NCBI GenBank assembly: GCA_012840925.1
Contig: DUVS01000029.1
Coordinates: 124,202-188,201 of the forward strand
DNA from: Bacillota bacterium
GTDB taxonomy: Bacteria; Bacillota; Limnochordia; Darwinibacteriales; DTU012
DNA length: 64,000 nucleotides
Reading direction: 5' to 3'
The position numbers were made by a program, and so were the translations under genes. The notes under the pieces are model-generated. The model made no database searches. It was given only the letters and a program-made list of their open reading frames with translations, and was not told the DNA's origin. How positions within the stretch are numbered: the stretch's first letter is position 1; every line of letters starts with the position of its first letter. This document shows, piece after piece, positions 19,241-28,984 of this stretch.

Positions 19241-19711
19241 ATGCACACCGAGGGGGGGATCTCACTGAATTCTGCTTGGATATTGCTAGGCATTCTCATA
19301 ATTGGCATCATCAGTAAGAACAATATTCTGGCAGCTGCCAGCGGAATTGTACTGGTTATTGGTCTGTTGGATCTGAATCGGTTCTATCCCCTTCTGGAAA
19401 AACGTGGCATTGAGGCCGGACTTTTACTGCTGACAACAGCTGTACTCATTCCTTTTGCTACAGGCAAAGTCTCACCTGGCTCACTGAAGGATACCATCAC
19501 TTCACATGTCGGCCTGGCTTCCATCATTGGTGGTTTGGCCGGAGCCTACCTCAATGCCCAGGGTATCGACCTGATCCATCACCAGCCGGAGATCATCCCC
19601 GGTATTCTGATCGGCGTGATCATCTCTGTAACGTTTCTCGGCGGCGTCTCTGTCGGGCCGGTGATGGCCGCTGGGATCACAGCCGTAATCATTTCCTTAT
19701 TATCGCGTTAA
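19241..19711 (+). CDS. DUF441 family membrane protein
   Basis: KNNILAAA, GLLLLTTAVLIPFATG, GGVSVGPVMAAG; start may be CTG at 19265. Confidence 0.85.
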   Translation: MHTEGGISLNSAWILLGILIIGIISKNNILAAASGIVLVIGLLDLNRFYPLLEKRGIEAGLLLLTTAVLIPFATGKVSPGSLKDTITSHVGLASIIGGLAGAYLNAQGIDLIHHQPEIIPGILIGVIISVTFLGGVSVGPVMAAGITAVIISLLSR

Positions 19712-19796
19712 TCCACTTTTTACTAGTCCATGATAACCGACTCTCCGCAGATCGTCAACTGTTCAAGAGACATTCCCTCCCTGTCAGGGGCCGGGA

Positions 19797-21287
19797 TCAG
19801 GCACTTTGCTGCATGATCTGACGGAATTGCTCCCCGGAAAGCGTTTCCTGTTCCATCAGCTTTTGGGCCAAGGAATGCAGCCGCCCTCGGTTTTCAGCAA
19901 GATAATTGTATATCTCAGTTTCCTGTTCCTTGATAATCTGAGCTATGGTCCGCGCCAGAATACCTCCGGGCAGATCAGAGGTAACCACGCCAAGGTCTGA
20001 CAAGCCTGCAAAAACAATTTGCCTGGCAATCTTTGCTGCTTGTTCGATATCACTGACAGCGCCGGTGGAACGTTCACCAAAGACCAACTCCTCAGCAACT
20101 GCACCGGCCATGCAGACTTGAATCCTTTCCAGCAATTGGGCTTTAGTATAAAGATACTGATCATCTTTACCATGCTGCCGCATATAGCCCAGCGCATTCC
20201 CTCGTGAAATGACCGAGACTGAAGCGACAGAGCCGCTGTTAATTCTCTCACTGAGCATGGCATGTCCAGTTTCATGATAGGCTATGCGGATTCGCTCCTG
20301 TTCCGTTGGGTTGCGGTTAAGCCTTTCACCCAGCATCACCTTTTCCAGCGCTTCTTTGAGATCATGGTTGGTGATCTGCTTGCGTTTATGGCGTAAAGCG
20401 AAAATTGCCGCCTCATTCATGACACTCTCAAGGTGCGCGCCGGAAAACCCAAAGGTAGCCTGAGCAATTTTGGCCAGATCAACATCAGGAGCCAAGGGCT
20501 TTCCTTTGGCATGGATTTGCAGAATCTGCAAGCGCCCCTGCTTATCAGGAAGATCCACCCTTACAATACGGTCAAACCTGCCCGGCCGCAAAAGAGCTGG
20601 ATCCAAGAGATCGATCCGGTTAGTAGCCCCGACAACCAACACTCGCACCTGCTGATTGACCGTGATCCCATCAATTTGGGTCAACAGTTCATTCAATGTC
20701 TGATCATACTCCATATGACTGGTGTTCTTGCCTCGTTTGGGGCCCAGGACATCAATTTCGTCAATGAAGATAATCGCTGTTTGTTTGTTTGCCTTCTCAG
20801 CCTCCGCATAGGCCTTCTTGAACAACTGGCGGACTCTCTGTGCTCCCACACCTGCATACATCTCCACAAATTGCGAACCGGCCGCTGCCATGAATACAGA
20901 ATTTGTATAACTGGCAGCAGCCTTGGCCATCAAGGTCTTACCAGTCCCGGGCGGTCCAACTAAAAGAATACCCTTTAGCGGCCTGATGCCGAGATTGCGA
21001 ACTTCTTTATCCAGCCGAATAAAATCCAAGGCTTCTCTGAACTCACGCTTAGCGATCTCTTGCCCGCCGATGTCAGAAAAATCAACTTCAGGAACAACAC
21101 TTGCCCCCGCCTTCTTTTGTTCAACGAGGGTAAAACGACTGTTGCTGCGATTATCCATCGTAAATTTAAACAGCAGGACCAAGGCACCAATCAAAATGAT
21201 GGGCGTGATTTCAAACCCCTGCAATGCGAGGAAAACAAGCAATGCCAGGCTGATGCCGATAAAAATCTCTTTAAGAGCAAATTTCAT
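19797..21287 (-). CDS. FtsH-like AAA+ zinc metalloprotease (short paralogue)
   Basis: GPPGTGKT, FVEMYAGVGA pore loop, IIFIDEID, DPALLRPGRFDR, HETGH zinc motif, GAVSD. Confidence 0.9.
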   Translation of the reverse strand: MKFALKEIFIGISLALLVFLALQGFEITPIILIGALVLLFKFTMDNRSNSRFTLVEQKKAGASVVPEVDFSDIGGQEIAKREFREALDFIRLDKEVRNLGIRPLKGILLVGPPGTGKTLMAKAAASYTNSVFMAAAGSQFVEMYAGVGAQRVRQLFKKAYAEAEKANKQTAIIFIDEIDVLGPKRGKNTSHMEYDQTLNELLTQIDGITVNQQVRVLVVGATNRIDLLDPALLRPGRFDRIVRVDLPDKQGRLQILQIHAKGKPLAPDVDLAKIAQATFGFSGAHLESVMNEAAIFALRHKRKQITNHDLKEALEKVMLGERLNRNPTEQERIRIAYHETGHAMLSERINSGSVASVSVISRGNALGYMRQHGKDDQYLYTKAQLLERIQVCMAGAVAEELVFGERSTGAVSDIEQAAKIARQIVFAGLSDLGVVTSDLPGGILARTIAQIIKEQETEIYNYLAENRGRLHSLAQKLMEQETLSGEQFRQIMQQSA

Positions 21288-21304
21288 CCCAGACACACCT
21301 CATT

Positions 21305-21847
21305 TTAGCTTTCAAGCCGCGAGATCAATGATTTTTCCCGTCGGCTGACAATCTGGTACAAATAGTCATCCCCGTCATGAAGCTGTAAATAGACATAGTC
21401 ACCATCAACTTTGAGGGTGAACTTAATCTGATATTCGGAAGCCAACTGCTCAATTCGTTCGGCCATTTCCACGAAATAGCCGGTAGCAATGCCTTGTTCC
21501 ACAGCAAAGTGCATCTGGTCATAGGCAGCTTTAAGAGTCTGGTTGGCTTTGTCCTTGATTATGATCTGTAGTGGTTTAGCAAACTGGGCTGCCGTTGAAC
21601 TGATCTCGGCAGCAAGCATATCCAGCTGTTCAACTTCAGCTAAAGCCAGCGTCAGGACGATTTGATCATCCTGTTCTGCAAGGTCAACACCGATTACCCC
21701 TTCAATATTCGCAAAGGCCTGGTAGATAGGCTCAATGACTAGTTTTCTATGGGTGAAGTACTGCAGAGCCAATGCCAGGCCTAGGACAATAACAAAAACG
21801 ACAATCACTACATTGATGCGAATATCGTCAAGGCGCAACCCACTCAC
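21305..21847 (-). CDS. Hypothetical membrane-anchored protein
   Basis: One N-terminal TM then a soluble domain; ends 17 bp before the FtsH-like start. Confidence 0.75.
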   Translation of the reverse strand: MSGLRLDDIRINVVIVVFVIVLGLALALQYFTHRKLVIEPIYQAFANIEGVIGVDLAEQDDQIVLTLALAEVEQLDMLAAEISSTAAQFAKPLQIIIKDKANQTLKAAYDQMHFAVEQGIATGYFVEMAERIEQLASEYQIKFTLKVDGDYVYLQLHDGDDYLYQIVSRREKSLISRLES

Positions 21848-21936
21848 CCTTTCCGAGACTTAGTAACTTATGTTAGTCAGTCCTTCTTCAAATCTAAAGT
21901 GCCTGCTTACAGGCACAAACCAATTATACCATATCC

Positions 21937-22455
21937 TTAGTCAATTTTCTTCAACAGATCTTGGGCATGATAGAAATAATCCACACCAGAGATAATTGTT
22001 ACCAGAACTGCTAACCACATTACCACCATGGCATAAGGAATCTCCAAGAGCAAACACAAAATGGCGATTATCTGAATCAGGGTCTTGGCTTTTCCCCATT
22101 TGGACGCAGCAATCACAATCTGATCCGCCGCAGCCAGAATCCTAAGTCCCGATACGGCAAACTCTCTACCGATAATAATCACCGCAATCCAGGCGCTGAT
22201 TTGATCAAGTTCAACCAGTGTCAATAAAGCGGCACTGATCAGCAATTTGTCTGCTATGGGATCAATCAGTTTGCCAAACCTGGTCACTTCTTTGCGGGTG
22301 CGGGCGATATATCCGTCCAATCCATCAGTAGCTGCAGCAATTCCAAATACGATAGCGGCAAAGTACTTTCCATTTTCCGCACCACTTAATAGCACTGCCA
22401 TAAACACGGGGATGAAAAAAATCCGGATTATCGTGATCCAATTTGCCAATCCCAT
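21937..22455 (-). CDS. pgsA: CDP-diacylglycerol--glycerol-3-phosphate 3-phosphatidyltransferase
   Basis: ANWITIIR, TDGLDGYIAR...FGKLIDPIADK CDP-alcohol motif. Confidence 0.96.
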   Translation of the reverse strand: MGLANWITIIRIFFIPVFMAVLLSGAENGKYFAAIVFGIAAATDGLDGYIARTRKEVTRFGKLIDPIADKLLISAALLTLVELDQISAWIAVIIIGREFAVSGLRILAAADQIVIAASKWGKAKTLIQIIAILCLLLEIPYAMVVMWLAVLVTIISGVDYFYHAQDLLKKID

Positions 22456-23805
22456 CTAATTGACATCTCCTTCTCTTATCTCTCCCACCAAATCATAGGG
22501 GTGGACTTGAGTAATTCTCACATTGACAAAGTCGCCAATCTGTACTTGGTTATTGCCGAGGTAGACCACACCGTCAACATCGGGAGCCTGCCCCTGGTGG
22601 CGGCCAACCAGGACCAAATCACTTTCCGATGATCTGCCTTCAACCAGAACTTGCAGAGTTTTTCCGAGAAGCTGCTGCTGCTTGTTCAGGGCGATCTGCT
22701 GCTGAAGGCTCATAGCCCGGTGATAGCGCTCTTTTTTTATTACGCCATTAATCTGGTTCATAAGACTGGCAGCGGGCGTCCCTTCCTCTGCCGAGTATTC
22801 GAAGATTCCGCATCTGTCTAATTGCGCAGCCTGGAGGAACTTAAGCAAAGCCTCGAATTCTGCCTCCGACTCACCGGGAAACCCCACAATAAATGAACTG
22901 CGAATCGTGGCCTGGGGCAGCTTGTTCCTGATTCTCTCGATCAGTCCAAGGTAATTATCAAAATTGCCCGGCCGATGCATCCGCTTCAGTACAGACTCAG
23001 CAGCATGCTGCAAAGGCAGATCAATATAGGGCAACAGATTACGGTGTTCAACCATCAGATCCAACAGCGAATCATTCAGCGTCGCCGGATAGGCATACAA
23101 GATCCGGATCCAAGGGATGTTTAGTTGTACCAATTCCCGCAAAAGCAATTCCAGCGATGACTTAGGTTCCAGATCTCTGCCGTACCTGGTCGTGTCTTGA
23201 GCAATTATATTCAGCTCTTTAACACCGCCGGCAGCTAGCCACTCCGCTTCCCGGACGAGTGCTCTCAAGTCACGGGATCGGTATGGCCCCCTAATCAGGG
23301 GTATCGCACAGAATGCACAGCTGTGGCTGCAGCCCTCGGCAATTTTCAAATAAGCACTGTGCCTGCCAGTAGAAACGATCCGGGGCACTTCAGGTTGATC
23401 ATATGCAAAATGCTGATCCCGGACCAGGCGCACCCTTTCACCTTTGAGCACCCGAGCGATTACCTCGGGAATCAGATCCATTTCTCTGGTACCTAAAACG
23501 GCGTCAATCTCTGGGATTTCCTCCCACAAAGCATCTTGATACCGTTTGGACAGGCACCCACTGACAACCAGACAACGGCAAACTCCCGTCTTCTTGTACT
23601 CAGCCATCTCAAAGATTGCTGCAATCGATTCTTCCTTGGCAGCTTCAATAAACCCGCACGTATTGACAATCAAGACCTCTGCCCGGGCCGGATTTGTTTC
23701 GATCTCGAAACCAGCATCATGCAGATATCCTAAAGCTATTTCACTGTCCACAAGATTCTTGGCACATCCTAGTGATACAAGCCCTACTCTGATCCCCATT
23801 GACAT
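22456..23805 (-). CDS. rimO: Ribosomal protein S12 methylthiotransferase
   Basis: SLGCAKNLVDSE, NTCGFI, radical SAM CSHSCAFC, C-terminal TRAM domain with QAPDVDG. Confidence 0.95.
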   Translation of the reverse strand: MSMGIRVGLVSLGCAKNLVDSEIALGYLHDAGFEIETNPARAEVLIVNTCGFIEAAKEESIAAIFEMAEYKKTGVCRCLVVSGCLSKRYQDALWEEIPEIDAVLGTREMDLIPEVIARVLKGERVRLVRDQHFAYDQPEVPRIVSTGRHSAYLKIAEGCSHSCAFCAIPLIRGPYRSRDLRALVREAEWLAAGGVKELNIIAQDTTRYGRDLEPKSSLELLLRELVQLNIPWIRILYAYPATLNDSLLDLMVEHRNLLPYIDLPLQHAAESVLKRMHRPGNFDNYLGLIERIRNKLPQATIRSSFIVGFPGESEAEFEALLKFLQAAQLDRCGIFEYSAEEGTPAASLMNQINGVIKKERYHRAMSLQQQIALNKQQQLLGKTLQVLVEGRSSESDLVLVGRHQGQAPDVDGVVYLGNNQVQIGDFVNVRITQVHPYDLVGEIREGDVN

Positions 23806-23940
23806 ACCCCACACAACTAAGATTACCAATCAGATTTTCGCTTTATTCCATGCCTTTTCCTGCTTTGTCGGATCTTACAAAAACTTGTAGGTTGAATTGT
23901 GCCAAACTGCAGGCCCAGTGGTACAAACACTTCCTGACAA

Positions 23941-23970
23941 ACATATTTGCCGCAAGATCCGGGCAGGCTA
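23941..23970 (+). promoter_or_regulatory. Possible sigma-F promoter of the SNF2/YqhG operon
   Basis: ACATA-N15-GGGCAGGCTA resembles GYATA-N15-GGnnAnAnTW. Confidence 0.4.
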
Positions 23971-24007
23971 AACAGGTAATTGTTAAAACCACGATTTCAG
24001 GGAGGAT

Positions 24008-25807
24008 TTGTCATTGCTTGATCCATCGCAGATTATAGTACCACTGCTTAACTACTCCGATCAAAGCTTAACCGAAAATAAAGAAATCTTCCTTGAACCC
24101 CATCAGCTTGAACACTTCTCTGTTGAATTTTCTCGATCAGGATTCAGCCGGATCATCCGAGAACTGCGCAAGGGCAATTTCGACGATCTCAACTGGCACC
24201 GCCTGGCTCAACAGGCTGATCAATTGTCCTTGACACATGGGTTTTCCGAACTACTGTGTGTCAATCATTTAGCACAGCACTGGCAGCAGGTTGGAATGAT
24301 CCCTTATCCCCACCAAATCAAAACAGCCGAAAAGGTACTCAAACAAATGCGAGGCCAGGTAATTTTGGCAGATGAAGTAGGATTGGGTAAAACAATTGAA
24401 GCTGGCATAATTCTCAAGGAATACTTGCTGCGCGGGTTGGTGAAGCGTGCTCTCATTCTGACACCGGCTTCATTGTGCTGGCAGTGGTACCAGGAGCTGG
24501 CCGAGAAGTTTCAGATTTATGCCGGAATCCAAAAATCAGAGTGGGATTGGGAACACGCTGATATTCTCATTGCCTCAATTGACACGGCCAAACTGGAACC
24601 CCATGCCAGCATCATCCAGAACATTGCCTATGACATTGTGATCATTGACGAAGCCCATAAACTGAAAAACAGCACAACCAAATCCTGGCAGCTTGTCAAT
24701 TCATTACAGAAGAAGTACTGTCTGATGCTGACGGCTACACCCGTCCAAAACAACCTAAAAGAACTGTATAACTTGATTACGCTGCTCAAACCAGGTCAAT
24801 TAGGCAGCTACCGCAGTTTTAAACAGAAATTCATGCAGGATCTGCGTACTCCAAAAAATCCAGGCCAGCTGCGCCAACTGCTATCAGAGGTTTTAATCCG
24901 CAACCGCCGCGGCGAAGGCACTGTGCAGTTCACTAAACGCAATGTCTATCCCATTGTTGTGGAGCTTACGCCACCAGAAAGGGCTCTGTATGATCAAATC
25001 ACAGAACTGATTCGAGCATCAAGCAAACTGACCCCGTTTCAAACCAATATTCTGCCCTTAATCACACTGCAGCGAGAAGTATGCAGCAGTTTCTATGCAG
25101 CCGGCGTTACCCTGCAGAAGATCTATGAGAAATATAATCTTGATCCAGATGCCAAGATTGTAACCCTGATGAATGAAGCAGTCAAAGTGAGGCAAAACAG
25201 CAAATGTGACATCATAGAGGAATTGGTATCAAGAATTCAAGATCGAGTGATCATTTTTACCGAATATAAGGCAAGCCAGGAGTATATTCGCTATCGTTTG
25301 GAAAAGGCCAATTACCGCACCTTTGCTTTTGACGGGACCCTATCCCGCAATCGAAAACAGTGGGTTCGCTACCTCTTTCAAAAGGAAGGGGGTATTCTGG
25401 TAAGTACTGAATCGGGAGGCGAAGGGCTTAACTTCCAGTTCTGCAATCATGTGATCAACTATGATCTGCCTTGGAACCCGATGCGGCTTGAACAGCGTAT
25501 CGGCCGGGTTCACCGTTTAGGGCAAACCAAAGATGTCCATATCTATAATTTGGTTACTAAAGATACAATTGAAGAGTATATTATGTTTCTGCTCCACGAA
25601 AAGATTAATATGTTCCAAATGGTCCTGGGCGAGCTTGATGCTATTCTGATGCACCTGAAGTGGGACAAGTCCATTGAAAGCCAGCTGATGCACATCTTCC
25701 TCAAACATCAGTCTAAAGAAGCAGTACAGCGTGAACTCGAACAACTAGGTGATGAGATTTTGAAGACTCGGGAAGAGATCAACAGACAACAATGGAATCT
25801 GTTTTAG
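24008..25807 (+). CDS. SNF2-family helicase-like ATPase (YqhH-like)
   Basis: LADEVGLGKT, IIDEAH, LTATP, GGEGLNFQ, QRIGRVHRLGQ motifs. Confidence 0.92.
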   Translation: MSLLDPSQIIVPLLNYSDQSLTENKEIFLEPHQLEHFSVEFSRSGFSRIIRELRKGNFDDLNWHRLAQQADQLSLTHGFSELLCVNHLAQHWQQVGMIPYPHQIKTAEKVLKQMRGQVILADEVGLGKTIEAGIILKEYLLRGLVKRALILTPASLCWQWYQELAEKFQIYAGIQKSEWDWEHADILIASIDTAKLEPHASIIQNIAYDIVIIDEAHKLKNSTTKSWQLVNSLQKKYCLMLTATPVQNNLKELYNLITLLKPGQLGSYRSFKQKFMQDLRTPKNPGQLRQLLSEVLIRNRRGEGTVQFTKRNVYPIVVELTPPERALYDQITELIRASSKLTPFQTNILPLITLQREVCSSFYAAGVTLQKIYEKYNLDPDAKIVTLMNEAVKVRQNSKCDIIEELVSRIQDRVIIFTEYKASQEYIRYRLEKANYRTFAFDGTLSRNRKQWVRYLFQKEGGILVSTESGGEGLNFQFCNHVINYDLPWNPMRLEQRIGRVHRLGQTKDVHIYNLVTKDTIEEYIMFLLHEKINMFQMVLGELDAILMHLKWDKSIESQLMHIFLKHQSKEAVQRELEQLGDEILKTREEINRQQWNLF

Positions 25808-25817
25808 GAGTGGTCAA

Positions 25818-26708
25818 ATGTCTGAAGTCATACCAGAACTGGTATTCAAGTTTTTTCAGCTCTGTAACCTAAAACCAGTGGAAATCCGCAAAGGTATCTA
25901 CCAAGTCCAGATAGACGATCAATTGGCTAAGGAACTTGATGGCTGGCGAGCCAAGGCAAGGTTGTTCCAGTTTACTTTTGATCGTAAACTGGCCCAAACC
26001 TATGGTGCGGAACTGATCAGCCCCGGTAGCTACAGGCTGGATACTATCGTGCGGTTGATTCAAAAACAAGCGGTGCTTTCCTCCGGTTATCTTCCCCATG
26101 ATGTCTTTTATGAACCAGCTATTCGCCGCAAGATCCTCGATCGGTTCAAGATCAAACATCCGAAAAGCCGTTTCTATATACTCGATCACAACCTGCGTTA
26201 CGGCCCATATTTCTGGATCACTTTACGAGTCACCTACTTAGCTTATGAAAAACATGAAGAGCTGCGCAAACTGCTTGTGGATCTAGTTTCAGGCAAAGTA
26301 GTCAACTATGACATCCCAGCCGAACTGCTCAAACCTGGCTTTTGTGATCAAAAACTTCAGTACCGCCGCCGACTCAGTTTCAAGCAGGCTTATCAGTGCC
26401 TGCAGCGGGAGATCGTCCATGAACTGAAATACAAGGACCCTGCCTGGGCCGTAAATGCTGCCCAGGATCTGGCTAAGGAACAGGCAAGGCTGGAGGAATA
26501 CTTCAGTGACCTGCCCGATCCCGATCAGCGTCGACTCCGCATTGCGGAACTGATGAACCGGGCCAAACCTCGAGTGCAGATTAGGCCCCTGCGAGCCGCA
26601 ATCTTGTATCTGCCCAAACTGGAGTACCGCATCATGCAGGTCGACCAGGCGGAAAAAATAAACCGGATCACATATGACCCGGTTAGCAACCAATATGAAC
26701 TGAATTAA
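25818..26708 (+). CDS. YqhG family protein
   Basis: ELISPGSYRL, PYFWITLRVTY and WA...LEEYF segments resemble YqhG; partner of the SNF2 gene. Confidence 0.7.
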   Translation: MSEVIPELVFKFFQLCNLKPVEIRKGIYQVQIDDQLAKELDGWRAKARLFQFTFDRKLAQTYGAELISPGSYRLDTIVRLIQKQAVLSSGYLPHDVFYEPAIRRKILDRFKIKHPKSRFYILDHNLRYGPYFWITLRVTYLAYEKHEELRKLLVDLVSGKVVNYDIPAELLKPGFCDQKLQYRRRLSFKQAYQCLQREIVHELKYKDPAWAVNAAQDLAKEQARLEEYFSDLPDPDQRRLRIAELMNRAKPRVQIRPLRAAILYLPKLEYRIMQVDQAEKINRITYDPVSNQYELN

Positions 26709-28066
26709 GCTAAGAGCTGGCATAAATCACGCGCCGATTTCCAGATCGGCCCTGCACCCATCGTAATAACCAAATCACCACTGTTGACGATATCCAATAA
26801 AAAACGGCCGATGTCCGCCTGGTCTGGAACCAAGTATACTTCTTTACCCAGCTCTCGTATTCTTTTTGCCATGATTTCAGAACTCACGCCTGGAATCGGC
26901 TGTTCCGGTGGTGGTGCAAAGATATCAGTCAAAACGACAACGTCTGCATCGGCAAAGGCATGGGTGAATTCTTCGAGCAAAAACTGAGTGCGGCTGTAGC
27001 GGTGTGGTTGAAAAACTGCGATCACCCGCTTGTTCCACCCTTCTCTGGCTGCCTTTAATGTTGCTGCTATCTCCGTTGGATGATGGGCATAGTCGTCCAC
27101 AATTGTGATTCCCTGCTCTGTTTCGCAGATGACTTGAAACCGGCGCTGTGTCCCGGAAAACTGTGCCAAATGCCTCCCGATAGTCTCAGCGGTTAAACCT
27201 AACAGATCACAAACAACAACAGCAGCACACGCATTGCTTACATAGAGTCTGCCTGGCACCTTCAAGGAGAACTCTCCGTATTCTGTGCCATTGTGGTACA
27301 GCACAAACGTTGTTTGGTTCGGTTTAATGGACAAAAGTTCCGCATGCCAGTGGGCATCGTCCGAAAACCCGTAAGTCACTGCCCGGGGAAAATGCGGTAA
27401 GATATCTCTGACTTCTTGATCATCTATACCCAAGACTTGGAGCCCGCCCGGTTTAACATTGGCCAGAAACTGCCGATAGGTGTTCACCAATTCGCTAAAA
27501 TCTCCATTGTAATTTTCCATATGATCAGCCTCGATGCTTGTGACAACGGCGATTTCAGGGTGATAGCGCAAAAAACTGCGATCTGATTCATCTGCTTCCG
27601 CCACGACCACTCCTCCACTGCCATACTTGGCGCCTGGCCCAAACGGTTCAAAATGAGCTCCAATCAATACGGTTGGATCCAAGCCTGCCTGTTCCAGCAC
27701 CCAAGCGATCATAGACGTGGTTGTTGACTTGCCGTGGGCACCGCCGATGGCGACGCCGCGCCCCTCATTAAGCAGTTTCGCTACCAATTCAGACCGATGA
27801 TATAAGTGCAAGTTGCGCTCTACTGCCGCTACGTACTCAGGATTGTCCTTGGGAATCGCAGAAGAATAAACAACATGATCGGCACCATCCACATATTCGG
27901 CTTTGTGCCCTAACGAAACCCTTGCCCCCAACCGTTGCAGATACTGAGTTGTTTCAGACATCTTCAAATCTGACCCGCTAACCTGCCAACCCATTTCCAG
28001 GAAAATCTTTGCCAGAGGGCCCATGCCGGTACCCCCAATGCCAATAAAATGGATCCGTTGGTTCAT
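26705..28066 (-). CDS. murC: UDP-N-acetylmuramate--L-alanine ligase
   Basis: HFIGIGGTGM, GAHGKSTTT, EADESD, DDYAHHPTEI, FQPHRYSRT motifs. Confidence 0.97.
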   Translation of the reverse strand: MNQRIHFIGIGGTGMGPLAKIFLEMGWQVSGSDLKMSETTQYLQRLGARVSLGHKAEYVDGADHVVYSSAIPKDNPEYVAAVERNLHLYHRSELVAKLLNEGRGVAIGGAHGKSTTTSMIAWVLEQAGLDPTVLIGAHFEPFGPGAKYGSGGVVVAEADESDRSFLRYHPEIAVVTSIEADHMENYNGDFSELVNTYRQFLANVKPGGLQVLGIDDQEVRDILPHFPRAVTYGFSDDAHWHAELLSIKPNQTTFVLYHNGTEYGEFSLKVPGRLYVSNACAAVVVCDLLGLTAETIGRHLAQFSGTQRRFQVICETEQGITIVDDYAHHPTEIAATLKAAREGWNKRVIAVFQPHRYSRTQFLLEEFTHAFADADVVVLTDIFAPPPEQPIPGVSSEIMAKRIRELGKEVYLVPDQADIGRFLLDIVNSGDLVITMGAGPIWKSARDLCQLLA

Positions 28067-28157
28067 GTCTTATTCACTCCTTTACTGCGTGGTGCCTTAT
28101 GTTGTAATCTTTCCCAGATCTTGACAGATTATTAGCCGGGCGTAATAACTCAAGCGG

Positions 28158-28931
28158 CTATTTGATCATTGGCGCAATAACCTCCGCCAACAGTAGGGCA
28201 CTGCGGGTAGCTTCTTCAATGGTGTTGCCCTTCCAGTCCCCAATCACCACCATCACACTGTTTGGATGCAGATCACCGCTGTAATCCGACTTGAAAACCC
28301 GCACCCCCCGGGAAACGCCGGGATATTTGGCTTCGAGAGCATCACTAATGGACTTGGCAAATGCCATGTTGGCCTCCACCAGCTCATTGTTCTGATCGCC
28401 GATAATGAACAGAATCTTTGCCACTTTTTCCCCATTGATTTCTACAGTCGTGTATCCGTCGGGTTTATCCTGCAGTCCATCGCGGTGAATATCGAGGACC
28501 ATCTGGATCTGGTTGTTCTCAGCCAGCGCTCTTTCGATCACCTTGGCCGAATTGATAAAAGCTTCGCTGTAGCGCGGCCGGTCATGAATCGTCTGATCAT
28601 GAACTGCCGCTATGCCTTTTTCCAGTAAAGCCTGGACAAACACGCTTCCTACTTGTACCACATCGCCAGGTTCGCCGTCTTGTTGATGGCTGTCTTTCGG
28701 TTGATAGTTCTCGGTAGCGTGACTATGGAGAACCAATACTTTCGGGATCTGTGGTGTTTGCGGCAATGTTCCTGAATCATCCTCAGACGATGGAGGCGGT
28801 GGAATGTCCTCTTGATCACCACCAGGATAAAAATCAAAGAATCTGGCACCAACAACCGCCACCACTACCAAAGTAACAAGTACAAACAACAAACCAGGTC
28901 CACTTTTCTCTTTTCTCCGAATTCTTGCCAC
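28158..28931 (-). CDS. spoIIP: Stage II sporulation protein P-like amidase
   Basis: N-terminal TM, LVLHSHATENY, LDIHRDG, LEAKYPGVSRGV; short form. Confidence 0.8.
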   Translation of the reverse strand: MARIRRKEKSGPGLLFVLVTLVVVAVVGARFFDFYPGGDQEDIPPPPSSEDDSGTLPQTPQIPKVLVLHSHATENYQPKDSHQQDGEPGDVVQVGSVFVQALLEKGIAAVHDQTIHDRPRYSEAFINSAKVIERALAENNQIQMVLDIHRDGLQDKPDGYTTVEINGEKVAKILFIIGDQNNELVEANMAFAKSISDALEAKYPGVSRGVRVFKSDYSGDLHPNSVMVVIGDWKGNTIEEATRSALLLAEVIAPMIK

Positions 28932-28954
28932 ACTGTATACCCCCTTCCGCAGAA

Positions 28955-28984
28955 AATATATGCGGAAGGACGTACCAATTATTC
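28955..28984 (-). promoter_or_regulatory. Possible sigma-E promoter of spoIIP
   Basis: GAATAAT-N15-CATATATT; spacer one base longer than typical. Confidence 0.3.
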
